From positions 62,001 through 118,301 of IMG/VR virus record IMGVR_UViG_3300002835_000043: a stretch of 56,301 nucleotides of DNA; one strand, given 5' to 3'. A program made the position numbers and the translations under genes. Numbering within the stretch: the stretch's first letter is position 1; every line of letters starts with the position of its first letter. Shown here one piece after another: positions 45,338 through 55,040 of the stretch. Source of the stretch: an uncultured virus (IMG/VR IMGVR_UViG_3300002835_000043). Taxonomy: Duplodnaviria; Heunggongvirae; Uroviricota; Caudoviricetes. The notes under the pieces were generated by a model. That model was not told the origin of the DNA. It saw only the letters and a list, made by a program, of their open reading frames with translations, and made no database searches.

Positions 45338-46378
45338 ATGAAAATTGCTATTGTGTGTGATACACATTTCGGTGTAAGGAATGATTCTCCACTGTTTTTA
45401 AATTACTTTTTAGATTTCTTTGAGAATCAATTCTTTCCTTATCTTCGTGAACATAATATTAAACAAGTAATACATCTTGGCGATCTGATGGATCGTCGTA
45501 AGTTTGTTAATTTTCAAACACTAGCAGAAGTGAAAAAGAGATTTATTTCTCATTTTGATTCTGGTGAATTTGAACTTTGGTGTTTAATTGGCAACCACGA
45601 TACCTATTATAAGAATACAAATCAAATTAATTCACTTAATCAACTTTTTGAAAACAATAATATCAACATTATTGATAGACCCATGAATGTTCAATTCGAC
45701 AGTCTATCAGTTGCTCTTATTCCCTGGATCAATAAGGAAAATTATGAAACATCTTTGGAATTCATTAAAACTACGACTTCGCCTTTTATTATGGGTCATT
45801 TTGAACTGACAGGATTCGAAGTTCTTCGTGGAGTAAAGCATGAAGATGGTATGAGTCCTGCAATTCTTTCACGATTTGATACTGTTTACTCTGGTCACTT
45901 CCATTGTAAACAGAGCGAAAAGAATGTTTCATATCTTGGAACTCCATATCAGATTACATTCTCTGATTTAAAAGAAAGAAAGGGATTCCATATTCTTGAT
46001 ACGGAAACTCGTGAACTAGAATTTATTGAGAATCCAAATCGTATCTTCTATGCTGTTCGTTATAATGATGCAGAACGAGACATGTTGAAGGCAGACTTTG
46101 CAAAGTATAAGAATTCTTTTGTTAAACTTATTGTAGAAAATAAAACCAAACCTTATATATTTGACAAGTTCTTAGATTCGATGTATGGTAATGGTGTAGC
46201 AAGTTTAAACATCATTGAAGAAAACAATGTTGAACTTAGTTCAGAACACACAGTTGACAATACCAAGGATACGCTTACAATTATCAACTCAGAAATTGAT
46301 GCTATGGAAGAAGTTCAAAATAAGAATAAACTGAAAACTATCATTCATGAACTATACATGGAAAGCCTTTCACAATGA
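45338..46378 (+). CDS. gp47: Recombination endonuclease subunit (Mre11/SbcD-like)
   Basis: DTHFG, HLGD, GNHD, SGHFH, YLGTPY. Confidence 0.96.
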   Translation: MKIAIVCDTHFGVRNDSPLFLNYFLDFFENQFFPYLREHNIKQVIHLGDLMDRRKFVNFQTLAEVKKRFISHFDSGEFELWCLIGNHDTYYKNTNQINSLNQLFENNNINIIDRPMNVQFDSLSVALIPWINKENYETSLEFIKTTTSPFIMGHFELTGFEVLRGVKHEDGMSPAILSRFDTVYSGHFHCKQSEKNVSYLGTPYQITFSDLKERKGFHILDTETRELEFIENPNRIFYAVRYNDAERDMLKADFAKYKNSFVKLIVENKTKPYIFDKFLDSMYGNGVASLNIIEENNVELSSEHTVDNTKDTLTIINSEIDAMEEVQNKNKLKTIIHELYMESLSQ

Positions 46379-46974
46379 ACATATTTGTATTGGATAAGAA
46401 TCCAACAACAGCAGCGGAATACATGTGTGACAAACACATCGTAAAAATGATCCTAGAGAGTTGTCAATTACTTTCTACTGCTCATCGTGTATTAGACGGT
46501 AAAAAGGTGGAAAGGCAGACCAAGAACGGTAGACGCTATACTTATTACATGTTAGAGGATTCTAAAGTAGATTCTTACATCTATAAGTCTACAATGATCA
46601 ATCATCCATGCACAATTTGGACTAGACAATCAACTCGTAACTATGATTGGTTGTGCAAGCACACCCTTGCTTTATGTGAACAATACACAAAGCGTTATGG
46701 TAAGACACATGTATCTACGCAATTGGCAGAGTGGTTGTTTAAACACCCACCTACTGGTTTAAAGATTGATAGTCTTACTCCATTTGCTCAAGCAATGCCA
46801 GACCAGTATAAGCACCAAGATGCAATTAAAGCATATAGGGATTATTATATTTTTGAAAAATCTAGGTTTGCCAAATGGAAACTGGGAAACACCCCTGAGT
46901 GGTATTTGGAAGGACTCAAAGAAAATTCTTTACTAAATAGTAAAGAGGAAACGATAAATGGAGCAACCGTCTGA
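46375..46974 (+). CDS. Pyrimidine dimer DNA glycosylase / endonuclease V family protein
   Basis: MNIFVLD, CDKHIVKMILESCQLLSTAH, NHPCTIW, EQYTKRYGKTH, QAMPDQY, AYRDYY. Confidence 0.85.
   Translation: MNIFVLDKNPTTAAEYMCDKHIVKMILESCQLLSTAHRVLDGKKVERQTKNGRRYTYYMLEDSKVDSYIYKSTMINHPCTIWTRQSTRNYDWLCKHTLALCEQYTKRYGKTHVSTQLAEWLFKHPPTGLKIDSLTPFAQAMPDQYKHQDAIKAYRDYYIFEKSRFAKWKLGNTPEWYLEGLKENSLLNSKEETINGATV
46932..46939 (+). promoter_or_regulatory. Late promoter variant ACTAAATA inside the glycosylase 3' end
   Basis: Precedes the GAGG RBS and the ATG at 46958. Confidence 0.55.
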
Positions 46975-47242
46975 AACATATACTCTACATGACCTGCGCG
47001 AAGGTATTGCCAAGCGTAAATTGGTTGTACGCAAGGGCAAAAGAAAAGTATTGTTTCGTTGCAAACCAGGTGAAAAGAAAGTAGGCAGACAATGCCGAAG
47101 AATACCATCTTCCCAGTTGACAAAACTTAAAAGAAGAGCTAGATTAGCAGCAAGGAAGGCTCGTACCAAAAGAGTAAGAGCACAAAGAAGGAGAAAGATC
47201 TCTCTCCGTCGTAGGAGAAATATCCCGAAAACTCCAAGGTGA
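46958..47242 (+). CDS. Highly basic prohead core protein, gp68-like
   Basis: C-terminus RAQRRRKISLRRRR resembles the basic T4 gp68 tail; LRE candidate gp21 cleavage site. Confidence 0.65.
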   Translation: MEQPSETYTLHDLREGIAKRKLVVRKGKRKVLFRCKPGEKKVGRQCRRIPSSQLTKLKRRARLAARKARTKRVRAQRRRKISLRRRRNIPKTPR

Positions 47243-47258
47243 AATTTAATTATTTGTC

Positions 47259-48974
47259 ATGATTATATTTAAAAAAGTACGCTGGAAGAATTTCCTTTCA
47301 ACAGGAAATAATTTTACAGAGATAAATCTAGATAAAACTAGAACCACTTTAATTAGTGGTGAAAATGGTGCTGGTAAGACAACCTTACTGGACGCTATTA
47401 CATTTGTTTTATTTGGTAAACCCTATAGAAATATTAATATTCCACAATTAGCAAACTCAATCAATGAGAAGGATTGTATGGTTGAGATTGAGTTTGTATC
47501 TGGTGGTGTAGAATATAAGATCCGTAGAGGACTTGCACCAAAGATCTTTGAGGTCTACAAGTCGGGTAAGATGATGGATCAGGATGCTAAATCCAAAGAC
47601 TATCAGAAGATGTTGGAAGAAACCATACTGAAGATGAACTATAAGTCATTCTGTCAGGTGGTTATTCTTGGTTCCACCAACTATGTCCCATTTATGAGAC
47701 TTCCTGCAGCAGATCGTAGAAGTATTGTAGAAGATTTGCTAGACATCAATGTGTTCTCATTGATGAATACACTACTAAAGTCTCGTATGGCTCAAATGAA
47801 GACAGACATCGCAGAACTAGAACACAAGATCGAGTTACAGAAAGAAAAGACAATTGCTCAGAAGCGTCATATTGAAACTCTTGCTAACAAAAACAAAGAG
47901 ACAATAGACCGACATGAGAAAGAAATTCAAGAATCTTATAAGCAAATTGAAGAGCATCAAAAAGAAATTGATGAAAAGAAAAAGAAAATAGAAGAACTTA
48001 TTCAGATGTCTTCTCAAATTAATGTTGATGCCGAGGTTGAAAAATTAACAGATCTTGGCAGAACCATTAGTATGGAAATGAGAAAGTTAGATAAAGATAT
48101 TTCTTTTTATTCAACAAATGATCATTGTCCATCTTGCTCACAGAAGATTGATTGTGAGCACAAGGAAAAGGTTTTGACTGAAAGAAACAAAAAGAAGTCA
48201 GAACTAGAGAAGGGATTGCAATTACAAGAAAAGCAAATGACTAAGTTGAGTGAAAAAGTTGTAGAAAAGAATCTAATCAATAACAAGATTCTTCTAGAAC
48301 AAAAGATGATTCATGAAATTGATAGTCAGGTAAATGCGACAAATAAGTATGTCAAGAAGTTGCGTTCTGATATTGATAGTATTCAATCTGACACAAAGAA
48401 TATTGATGAAGAGCAAGCAAAATTAAAAGAGATGGGTCAAGCAGGTAAAGAACTTGTCGAAAACAAGTTGAAACTAAATGATGATATGCATTACTATTCT
48501 CTTGCATCTTTCTTGATGAAGGATACAGGAATTAAGAGCAAGATTATTAAATATTATCTTCCTATTATGAATAAGATAATTAACAAATATCTTGCACAAA
48601 TGGATTTCTTTGTTCAATTTGAATTAAATGATTCATTTGAAGAAACCATCAAGAGTCGTCACCGTGACATCTTCACATATGATAGTTTCAGTGAAGGTGA
48701 AAAACGAAAGATTGATTTATCTCTTTTGTTTGCATGGCGTGCAGTTGCACAATTAAAGAATTCTCTTAATTGTAATTTGTTAATATTTGATGAAGTATTA
48801 GATGGTAGTTTAGATGATGTGGCTACTGAATCTTTCCTTTCCATTCTGAAAGGACTTGACAAAGGTACTAACATCTTTGTAATATCTCATAAGTCGAAGG
48901 AACTATTACAGGATAAGTTCCAAGATCATATTACATTCGTCAAACGAAACAATTTTAGCAAGATAGATCAATGA
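47259..48974 (+). CDS. gp46: Recombination endonuclease ATPase subunit (Rad50/SbcC-like)
   Basis: WKNFLSTGN, GENGAGKT, zinc hook CPSC, FSEGEK, LIFDEVLD. Confidence 0.97.
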   Translation: MIIFKKVRWKNFLSTGNNFTEINLDKTRTTLISGENGAGKTTLLDAITFVLFGKPYRNINIPQLANSINEKDCMVEIEFVSGGVEYKIRRGLAPKIFEVYKSGKMMDQDAKSKDYQKMLEETILKMNYKSFCQVVILGSTNYVPFMRLPAADRRSIVEDLLDINVFSLMNTLLKSRMAQMKTDIAELEHKIELQKEKTIAQKRHIETLANKNKETIDRHEKEIQESYKQIEEHQKEIDEKKKKIEELIQMSSQINVDAEVEKLTDLGRTISMEMRKLDKDISFYSTNDHCPSCSQKIDCEHKEKVLTERNKKKSELEKGLQLQEKQMTKLSEKVVEKNLINNKILLEQKMIHEIDSQVNATNKYVKKLRSDIDSIQSDTKNIDEEQAKLKEMGQAGKELVENKLKLNDDMHYYSLASFLMKDTGIKSKIIKYYLPIMNKIINKYLAQMDFFVQFELNDSFEETIKSRHRDIFTYDSFSEGEKRKIDLSLLFAWRAVAQLKNSLNCNLLIFDEVLDGSLDDVATESFLSILKGLDKGTNIFVISHKSKELLQDKFQDHITFVKRNNFSKIDQ

Positions 48975-49711
48975 AAAAGAAAAAGAAAAAGTCCCGCCGT
49001 ATTGGTCGTGGTGATTCTGTAGATTCTCTAATTATGGGTAGCGAACCCGTGTGGAAGGATGCAGATAAACTTACACCAGAGGAACTTGATACCAAGATTC
49101 TTCGTGCTATTAATTGGTATAGTTATTCTTGTGATAACAATATGTGCAAACCTTGGGTTATTGATTGGATGATGAAGAATGAATATTCCAAGAAAGATAT
49201 CAAGGCTGCAATGTGCTGTGATATCAACGCTATGGAATTCATTTATATCGGTAGCCGTTGTCGTATTATGAATTTGGGTGGTAAACTTCGACCCGAAACT
49301 GTTGATATGATCAAGAAAAATGTTGAACAAATTATTCACGAAGGTATCCATAAACCAGCAAAGGTTGAAGATCCAAATAAAGAAAAGGTGAATGTTCAAG
49401 AAAGAATTCAAAAGAAAACTGTTGAATATATGTCTGTAATTGAACAAAGAGTCGATGATTTATTTGACACAGCTGAAAAAGATGGTAATCTAAAGAACAT
49501 AGACCATTCTGAATGGTTGCGTATGCAAGGTATTAAGTCTGTTCACCACAAGAAACTTGCAAAGGTACTTGATCCACATATCAAGGAACTCAAGCAAGCA
49601 TATAAGGGAGATCCCGATCTTAAGGAGGGATTCTCTTTCCTTGGTAAGCGTAAGATCAAGGTTGTAATCGAAGCACTTGAAGACCTTAAGGATATTCTAA
49701 ACGCAAAATGA
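48971..49711 (+). CDS. Conserved T4-like hypothetical protein
   Basis: GSEPVW, RAINWYSY, NVQERI, DLKEGFS; commonly adjacent to rnh. Confidence 0.6.
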   Translation: MKKKKKKSRRIGRGDSVDSLIMGSEPVWKDADKLTPEELDTKILRAINWYSYSCDNNMCKPWVIDWMMKNEYSKKDIKAAMCCDINAMEFIYIGSRCRIMNLGGKLRPETVDMIKKNVEQIIHEGIHKPAKVEDPNKEKVNVQERIQKKTVEYMSVIEQRVDDLFDTAEKDGNLKNIDHSEWLRMQGIKSVHHKKLAKVLDPHIKELKQAYKGDPDLKEGFSFLGKRKIKVVIEALEDLKDILNAK

Positions 49712-50544
49712 TTTTAGTTGACAATACACAAATTATTCTCGGTACAATTTTCGCACAGTATGATTCACCGATGGATGTAACTCTTGAACTTGCAAGACAT
49801 GTTACTCTATCCACATATAGAATGTATCGGAATATGTTCCATGCTGAATATGGTGAATTGGTTCTTTGTCAGGATGCAGGTAACTACTGGCGACGCGATA
49901 TTTTTCCAAATTACAAGATTAATAGGAAGAAGACGCGAGCAGTGGATGATTATAACTGGGATCGTATTTTTGAAATCCTTGATACCATTCGCACAGAAGT
50001 TCAAGAAAACTTTCCATATAAGTCTCTCAAGGTAGAACGGTGTGAGGCAGATGACATCATTGCTACACTTGTAAAGCATTATCATGGTAAGGAAAAGATC
50101 ATGATTGTATCAAGTGACAAAGACTTTCAGCAACTATTCCGTTATCCAAATGTAAAGCAATATAGTCCTATTAAGAAGAGTCTGGTTACTTGTGCAGAAC
50201 CAGATCGTTATCTTTTTGAACATATTATCAAGGGCGATGCTACAGACGGTATTCCAAATATTCTGTCAGCAGATGATACATTTGCTGTAGACGGAAAGCG
50301 TCAGAAGCCACTTGCTGCAAAGAAACTTGCACAGTGGAAGACATTCAGTGATGTCCCACAAGAGTATCAAACTAATATTAATAGAAATCAAATGTTGGTG
50401 GATCACACATATATACCTATGGAGTATGAGAATGCTATTCTGGAAAAGTTCAATGAACCACCAGAGGGAGATAGATCCAAGTTATTTGATTACTTTGTTG
50501 AAAAGCGATTGAAAAATTTAATGGATGTAATACAGGATTTTTAA
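49708..50544 (+). CDS. rnh: T4-type RNase H (5'-3' exonuclease)
   Basis: YWRRDIFPNYK, EADDII, SSDKDF.QL, GDATDGIPN. Confidence 0.96.
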   Translation: MILVDNTQIILGTIFAQYDSPMDVTLELARHVTLSTYRMYRNMFHAEYGELVLCQDAGNYWRRDIFPNYKINRKKTRAVDDYNWDRIFEILDTIRTEVQENFPYKSLKVERCEADDIIATLVKHYHGKEKIMIVSSDKDFQQLFRYPNVKQYSPIKKSLVTCAEPDRYLFEHIIKGDATDGIPNILSADDTFAVDGKRQKPLAAKKLAQWKTFSDVPQEYQTNINRNQMLVDHTYIPMEYENAILEKFNEPPEGDRSKLFDYFVEKRLKNLMDVIQDF

Positions 50545-50545
50545 A

Positions 50546-50956
50546 ATGACAAAGTTAATATCTGAAATAATTTATGATGTTAGAGATGCTAAAACAGAAG
50601 AAGAAAAAATTAAACTTCTTCAACAAAACAAGTCACCAGCATTGGTCGAACTAATGAAATATGCATTTTTGGATAAGTATTCAAAGATACAAAATATACC
50701 AACTTATACACCAGACGATTCTCCTATAGGATTTAGTTATGCTAAACTGTTTAGAGAATTTAGATCTCTTCCGTACTTTTATGAAAAGTATGAAGGATTG
50801 CAGTATACTAAGCAACAAAGAAAATTAGCAATCTTGTTAGAGTCGTTACATTGGACTGAAGCAGCACTTCTTGAAAATATTTTAAAGAAGGATACTTCAT
50901 CATTTGGTTTTAATTTGGAAATTCTTAAAAAAGCATTTGTAGGAGAATTTGTTTGA
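50546..50956 (+). CDS. Conserved T4-like hypothetical protein (DUF6433-like)
   Basis: LISEI...KTEEEKIKLL...LLESLH..EA; typical neighbour of rnh. Confidence 0.6.
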   Translation: MTKLISEIIYDVRDAKTEEEKIKLLQQNKSPALVELMKYAFLDKYSKIQNIPTYTPDDSPIGFSYAKLFREFRSLPYFYEKYEGLQYTKQQRKLAILLESLHWTEAALLENILKKDTSSFGFNLEILKKAFVGEFV

Positions 50957-50959
50957 GCC

Positions 50960-51124
50960 ATGTCTGAAGATTACAGAGATCAATTTAAAGATAAGAGTTT
51001 AGCAAAGAAAGTCGAAAAGAAAGCATCTAAAAACAAAAGAAGAGAAACTAAGATGCATTTAGAAGACTTTAAATACATGAATGAGGATGAAATATTTGAT
51101 ATGATGGATGAAATGGAGGATTGA
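50960..51124 (+). CDS. 54-aa basic/acidic small protein not in the track
   Basis: MSEDYRDQFKDK...IFDMMDEMED; fills the gap exactly. Confidence 0.65.
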   Translation: MSEDYRDQFKDKSLAKKVEKKASKNKRRETKMHLEDFKYMNEDEIFDMMDEMED

Positions 51125-51125
51125 T

Positions 51126-51635
51126 ATGTCCGACATACACAAAGAAATTGAAGAAAACATTAAAAAGCAAAAACAATTAGAATCAGCCCCTTCAAGTGAT
51201 GAAAAAGTACAAAGACCAAAAGCGGGATTCTTAAAGAAAGCAGCAACTTTTACAGAATCAATGGTTTCGAGGGGAATTAAAAATAATAAAGCAGAACCAT
51301 TAACTATTGAATTACGACAACTAAGTTGTCATGGTGATTCTGATAAAAAACTACCACCATGTGCCGATAGAAAAGATAGTGTAAAATTTCCCGGTTCTCA
51401 TTTTTGTGGTGCATGTGGTTGTGGAGATAAAGAACTTACACAACTTTCACCAAGAAAACTTGACAACGGACAAGATGCATACTATAAATTAGAGTATCCA
51501 AAAGTACATTGTCCGTTAATGATGCCTGGGTTTACAAATTATGTTCCAACTACTCCGGGCGTATCTGAAAATCCTCGTAAGAAATTTATTGAATTTAGTA
51601 AGGGTATAGAGTATATTAGAGACAACTCTAAGTGA
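51126..51635 (+). CDS. Cys-motif (putative Zn-binding) protein
   Basis: ATG at 51126 behind GGAGG; R..SC...PC...CGACGC...K......CP. Confidence 0.6.
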   Translation: MSDIHKEIEENIKKQKQLESAPSSDEKVQRPKAGFLKKAATFTESMVSRGIKNNKAEPLTIELRQLSCHGDSDKKLPPCADRKDSVKFPGSHFCGACGCGDKELTQLSPRKLDNGQDAYYKLEYPKVHCPLMMPGFTNYVPTTPGVSENPRKKFIEFSKGIEYIRDNSK

Positions 51636-51649
51636 TAAAGGAGAATGTG

Positions 51650-52351
51650 ATGACATCTACAACTATGAAAATTTCCAAGCGTACACTAGACATCTTAAAG
51701 AACTATGCGTCGATTAACTCAAACCTGCTAGTAAAGCCAGGCAATACACTCTCAACCATTTCTCCAGTAAAGAACATTCTTTCTGAAGTAGAGGTTGTAG
51801 AAACCTTTGAAGTAGAATTTGGTATTTGGGATCTGAACAAGTTCCTTGGTACTATTTCTCTCTTCAATGATCCAGAGTTTGAGTTTGATGATAAGTCTGT
51901 AACCATCAGTGGTTCAAACAATTCGTCTGTAGTTTATCGTTATTGTGAACCAAAGTTGCTAACTGTTCCAACTAAGAAGGTACAGATGCCAAAGGTAGCA
52001 GTTTCATTTGAACTGACTCAGAAGGCATTCTCTGAACTTCTAAAGGCAGCAGCAGTTCTTCAACTTCCTGATATCGGTGTTCGTTATAACATCGATGATA
52101 GCAAGGAAGGTAAGATTGAGATGTTTGCAACTGACAAGTCAGATCCAAGTTCAAACTTCTATTCATTCCCAGTTGGTGATCATAATGGTGAAGAATCATT
52201 CAAGATGTTCTTCAAGACCGAGGATCTAAAGTTGTTCCCCGGCGATTATGAAGTAGAACTCTGCAAGCAGATTGTTAGCAAGTTCAGCCATAAGGAAATG
52301 GATCTATCGTACTGGATTGCACTACAAGCCGATTCAACATTTAAGGATTGA
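51650..52351 (+). CDS. gp45: Sliding clamp
   Basis: MKISKRTLDILKNYASIN, FGIWDL.KFL, LSYWIA; AAGGAG RBS. Confidence 0.96.
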   Translation: MTSTTMKISKRTLDILKNYASINSNLLVKPGNTLSTISPVKNILSEVEVVETFEVEFGIWDLNKFLGTISLFNDPEFEFDDKSVTISGSNNSSVVYRYCEPKLLTVPTKKVQMPKVAVSFELTQKAFSELLKAAAVLQLPDIGVRYNIDDSKEGKIEMFATDKSDPSSNFYSFPVGDHNGEESFKMFFKTEDLKLFPGDYEVELCKQIVSKFSHKEMDLSYWIALQADSTFKD

Positions 52352-52353
52352 GT

Positions 52354-53310
52354 ATGCAGACAAATGATGACATGTTTATCTGGGTCGAAAAGTATCGACC
52401 ACAGAAAGTGGCAGATTGTATTCTCCCCAACCGTCTAAAGAGTTTTTTCTCTGAGGTTGTTAAGGGAGAATGGAAGGACATGCCAAACATGCTTCTTTCT
52501 GGTGGTGCAGGATGTGGTAAGACAAGTGTAGCCAAAGCACTCTGTATGGAGATGAATCTTGACTACATTATAGTCAACTGCTCAGAAGACGGTAATATTG
52601 ATACACTACGGGTAAAGATTCGAAACTTTGCCAGTAGTGTATCTCTTTCCGGTAATGGTAAGGTTGTAATCCTAGATGAGTTTGATTATGCAAATCCATC
52701 CAGTATGCAGCCTGCTCTTCGTGGATTTATGGAGGAGTTTGCAAAAAGTTGTCGCTTTGTTCTTACTTGCAATTTCAAGAACAAGGTGATTGAACCCCTC
52801 CATTCAAGGTGTACATGTCTTGATTTCCGGTATGATGGTAAAGAAAAGAAGGAACTATCCTCACAGTTCTTTGATAGGACTAAATTCATTCTTGAAAATG
52901 AAAAGGTCAAGTATGATGATAAGGTTCTTGCAAAACTGGTAGTAAAGTATAGTCCAGACTTCCGTAGACTCATCAATGAACTCCAGAGATATTCGACAAG
53001 TGGAGATATTGATTCCGGTATCCTTGCAGAAGCAGGTGATATCGATATTGAGGATCTTATTGGTCATATGAAGACTAAGAATATTACCAATATTCGTTCT
53101 TGGGTATTCTCCAATCTTGATAATGATCAGTCAATGATATTCCGTAAGTTGTACGACATTCTATCCAAGAAACTATCACCAGCATCCATTGCAACTGCAA
53201 TTCTCATCATTGCAGATTATCAGTACAAGTCAGCATTCGTAGCAGATCAAGAAATCAATCTTGTTGCTTGTATTGTTCAACTTGCAATGGAATGTGAGTT
53301 TGAAAAATGA
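52354..53310 (+). CDS. gp44: Clamp loader large subunit
   Basis: WVEKYRP, GCGKT, ILDEFD, PLHSRC, AFVADQEIN. Confidence 0.97.
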   Translation: MQTNDDMFIWVEKYRPQKVADCILPNRLKSFFSEVVKGEWKDMPNMLLSGGAGCGKTSVAKALCMEMNLDYIIVNCSEDGNIDTLRVKIRNFASSVSLSGNGKVVILDEFDYANPSSMQPALRGFMEEFAKSCRFVLTCNFKNKVIEPLHSRCTCLDFRYDGKEKKELSSQFFDRTKFILENEKVKYDDKVLAKLVVKYSPDFRRLINELQRYSTSGDIDSGILAEAGDIDIEDLIGHMKTKNITNIRSWVFSNLDNDQSMIFRKLYDILSKKLSPASIATAILIIADYQYKSAFVADQEINLVACIVQLAMECEFEK

Positions 53311-53681
53311 ATATCTGGGATATAATTAATTCAATCAATTTAACTAAAAAAGATTTATACGAATCTGGAGATATGACAGATAAGGAATATCTTCCATTTA
53401 TTGTAAATAAAAGTTTATCATATTTTAATGATACTCTTTTTCATGCAAATGAAATGAATGTTAGATTTCATTTGCCAAAGAAGATGCAATATGATTATTT
53501 GAGACTTCAGATTCGTCCCCGGAAAAGATTCTCCAAGTGGCTCAAAAAGACTGAAGATAAAGATATTGAATATATTATGGCTTACTATAATATTTCAAAT
53601 AAAAGAGCAACCGAGTATAAGAATCTCCTCAACAAGACCCAAATTCAAAAAATAAGGGATACCATGTCCGTACAGGACTAA
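53307..53681 (+). CDS. gp62: Clamp loader small subunit
   Basis: YLPFIVNKSLS, ANEMN, QYDY, RKRFSKW. Confidence 0.95.
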   Translation: MNIWDIINSINLTKKDLYESGDMTDKEYLPFIVNKSLSYFNDTLFHANEMNVRFHLPKKMQYDYLRLQIRPRKRFSKWLKKTEDKDIEYIMAYYNISNKRATEYKNLLNKTQIQKIRDTMSVQD

Positions 53682-53739
53682 TGATTATTTTTTATACATA
53701 TAAATGATATTATTGTCATTTTTTGTAGAAAGAATAATT

Positions 53740-54147
53740 ATGCAAAACGACTCATTTGATGTGGGTTCATTATTAGAAGTAACCCTAAAAAACGAGGATG
53801 ATTTCCTAAAAGTTAAAGAAACTCTGACTAGAATAGGGGTATCTTCTAAAAAAGATAAAAAACTATATCAGTCTTGTCATATTTTACATAAAAGAGGTAA
53901 ATATTACATAGTACATTTTAAAGAATTATTTTCTTTAGATGGATTACCTTCAGATATAAATGAATCCGATCTTGGTAGAAGAAATATGGTTGCTAAATTG
54001 TTAGAGGAATGGGGATTAGTAGCAGTAGTAGATAAGGATAAAATGAATAGTATTCTAACCCCAATCAATCAGATAAAAATCATACCACATAAAGAAAAGG
54101 GAGAGTGGGAACTTTGCCCAAAGTACCACATAGGTAAAAAACGATGA
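53740..54147 (+). CDS. regA: Translational repressor RegA
   Basis: DDFLKVKETLTRIG, LYQSCHILHKRG.YYIVHFKELF.LDG, W.L..KY.IG. Confidence 0.97.
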   Translation: MQNDSFDVGSLLEVTLKNEDDFLKVKETLTRIGVSSKKDKKLYQSCHILHKRGKYYIVHFKELFSLDGLPSDINESDLGRRNMVAKLLEEWGLVAVVDKDKMNSILTPINQIKIIPHKEKGEWELCPKYHIGKKR

Positions 54148-54548
54148 TAGGCGGAACATACGACATCTTAGCAGAAGAAGGCGCAACTCTAGAATTGCAA
54201 TTTGATTATCTAGATGAAAATGAAGCAGCAGTAAATATTACTTCTTCATCATATGTTATTGAATTCTTGTTGAAAAAAACATCTACAAAGACTTCGACCT
54301 TTTTATTCATGATTGATTCTAGTGGAAATCAAACAGAAGGAACTTTAGAATATCCTGATACAAATTCTTTCTTTGGTACAATTACAAAAACAGGATCAAC
54401 AGTTGGTTCGTTTAAATTGACAATAAATGCAGATACGATGTCACAATTAACACCTGGAACTTATTTTCATTACTTAAGATTAAAAAATTCAAATGTTGTT
54501 ACACCTCTTTGTAAAGGAAGATTCACTGTTGAATCTAAAGTAAAATGA
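54144..54548 (+). CDS. Ig-like adaptor-type virion protein, paralog of 35440..35967
   Basis: YDILAEEGATL...LTINAD.M...GRFTV. Confidence 0.6.
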   Translation: MIGGTYDILAEEGATLELQFDYLDENEAAVNITSSSYVIEFLLKKTSTKTSTFLFMIDSSGNQTEGTLEYPDTNSFFGTITKTGSTVGSFKLTINADTMSQLTPGTYFHYLRLKNSNVVTPLCKGRFTVESKVK

Positions 54549-54655
54549 AACAAATAAAAGTTACATCTAAAGAGGCAAATAAGATACAACCAGATTATAA
54601 TGCAAATAAGATAAAAATTATTAAAGTAAAAAATACAACAGTGATTGTAAAGTAA
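54545..54655 (+). CDS. 36-aa peptide ORF not in the track
   Basis: ATGA overlap; MKQIKVTSKEANKI...NANKIKIIKVKNTTVIVK; next ATG 1 nt after the stop. Confidence 0.5.
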   Translation: MKQIKVTSKEANKIQPDYNANKIKIIKVKNTTVIVK

Positions 54656-54656
54656 A

Positions 54657-55040
54657 ATGCCAAAAAGAACGGTAAGATCCAATCCTGCAGTTGCTGCGTT
54701 TTATCTAGATGGTGGTGAAAACGAAACGCCAATACTGGATGAAACTACTGTATCTCAAAATTTATACGGTATCCCTATGGGAGAAATCGTAATAAACAAT
54801 GCATCAAAAAGATTTTGGTTGGGTGTTGGATTAAATAAAACACCATTTGAATTAAGTAATGTTATTATTTTGGAAAATTCAGGTGAAACTCCAGATGTAA
54901 GTGTTTTATACAATGCAGGAACACTCATCATAAATACAGTAGATAATAAAGTATGGATTGGAACCGGCAATCAAACAACAGATGGAAGTTTTGTACCAAT
55001 AAGTGAAACTACAATAGATCTAGATGGTGGAACATTCTAA
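54657..55040 (+). CDS. Small fibre-associated protein with two GE..IN....K.W.G repeats
   Basis: GEIVINNASKRFWLG and GTLIINTVDNKVWIG; ends DLDGGTF. Confidence 0.6.
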   Translation: MPKRTVRSNPAVAAFYLDGGENETPILDETTVSQNLYGIPMGEIVINNASKRFWLGVGLNKTPFELSNVIILENSGETPDVSVLYNAGTLIINTVDNKVWIGTGNQTTDGSFVPISETTIDLDGGTF

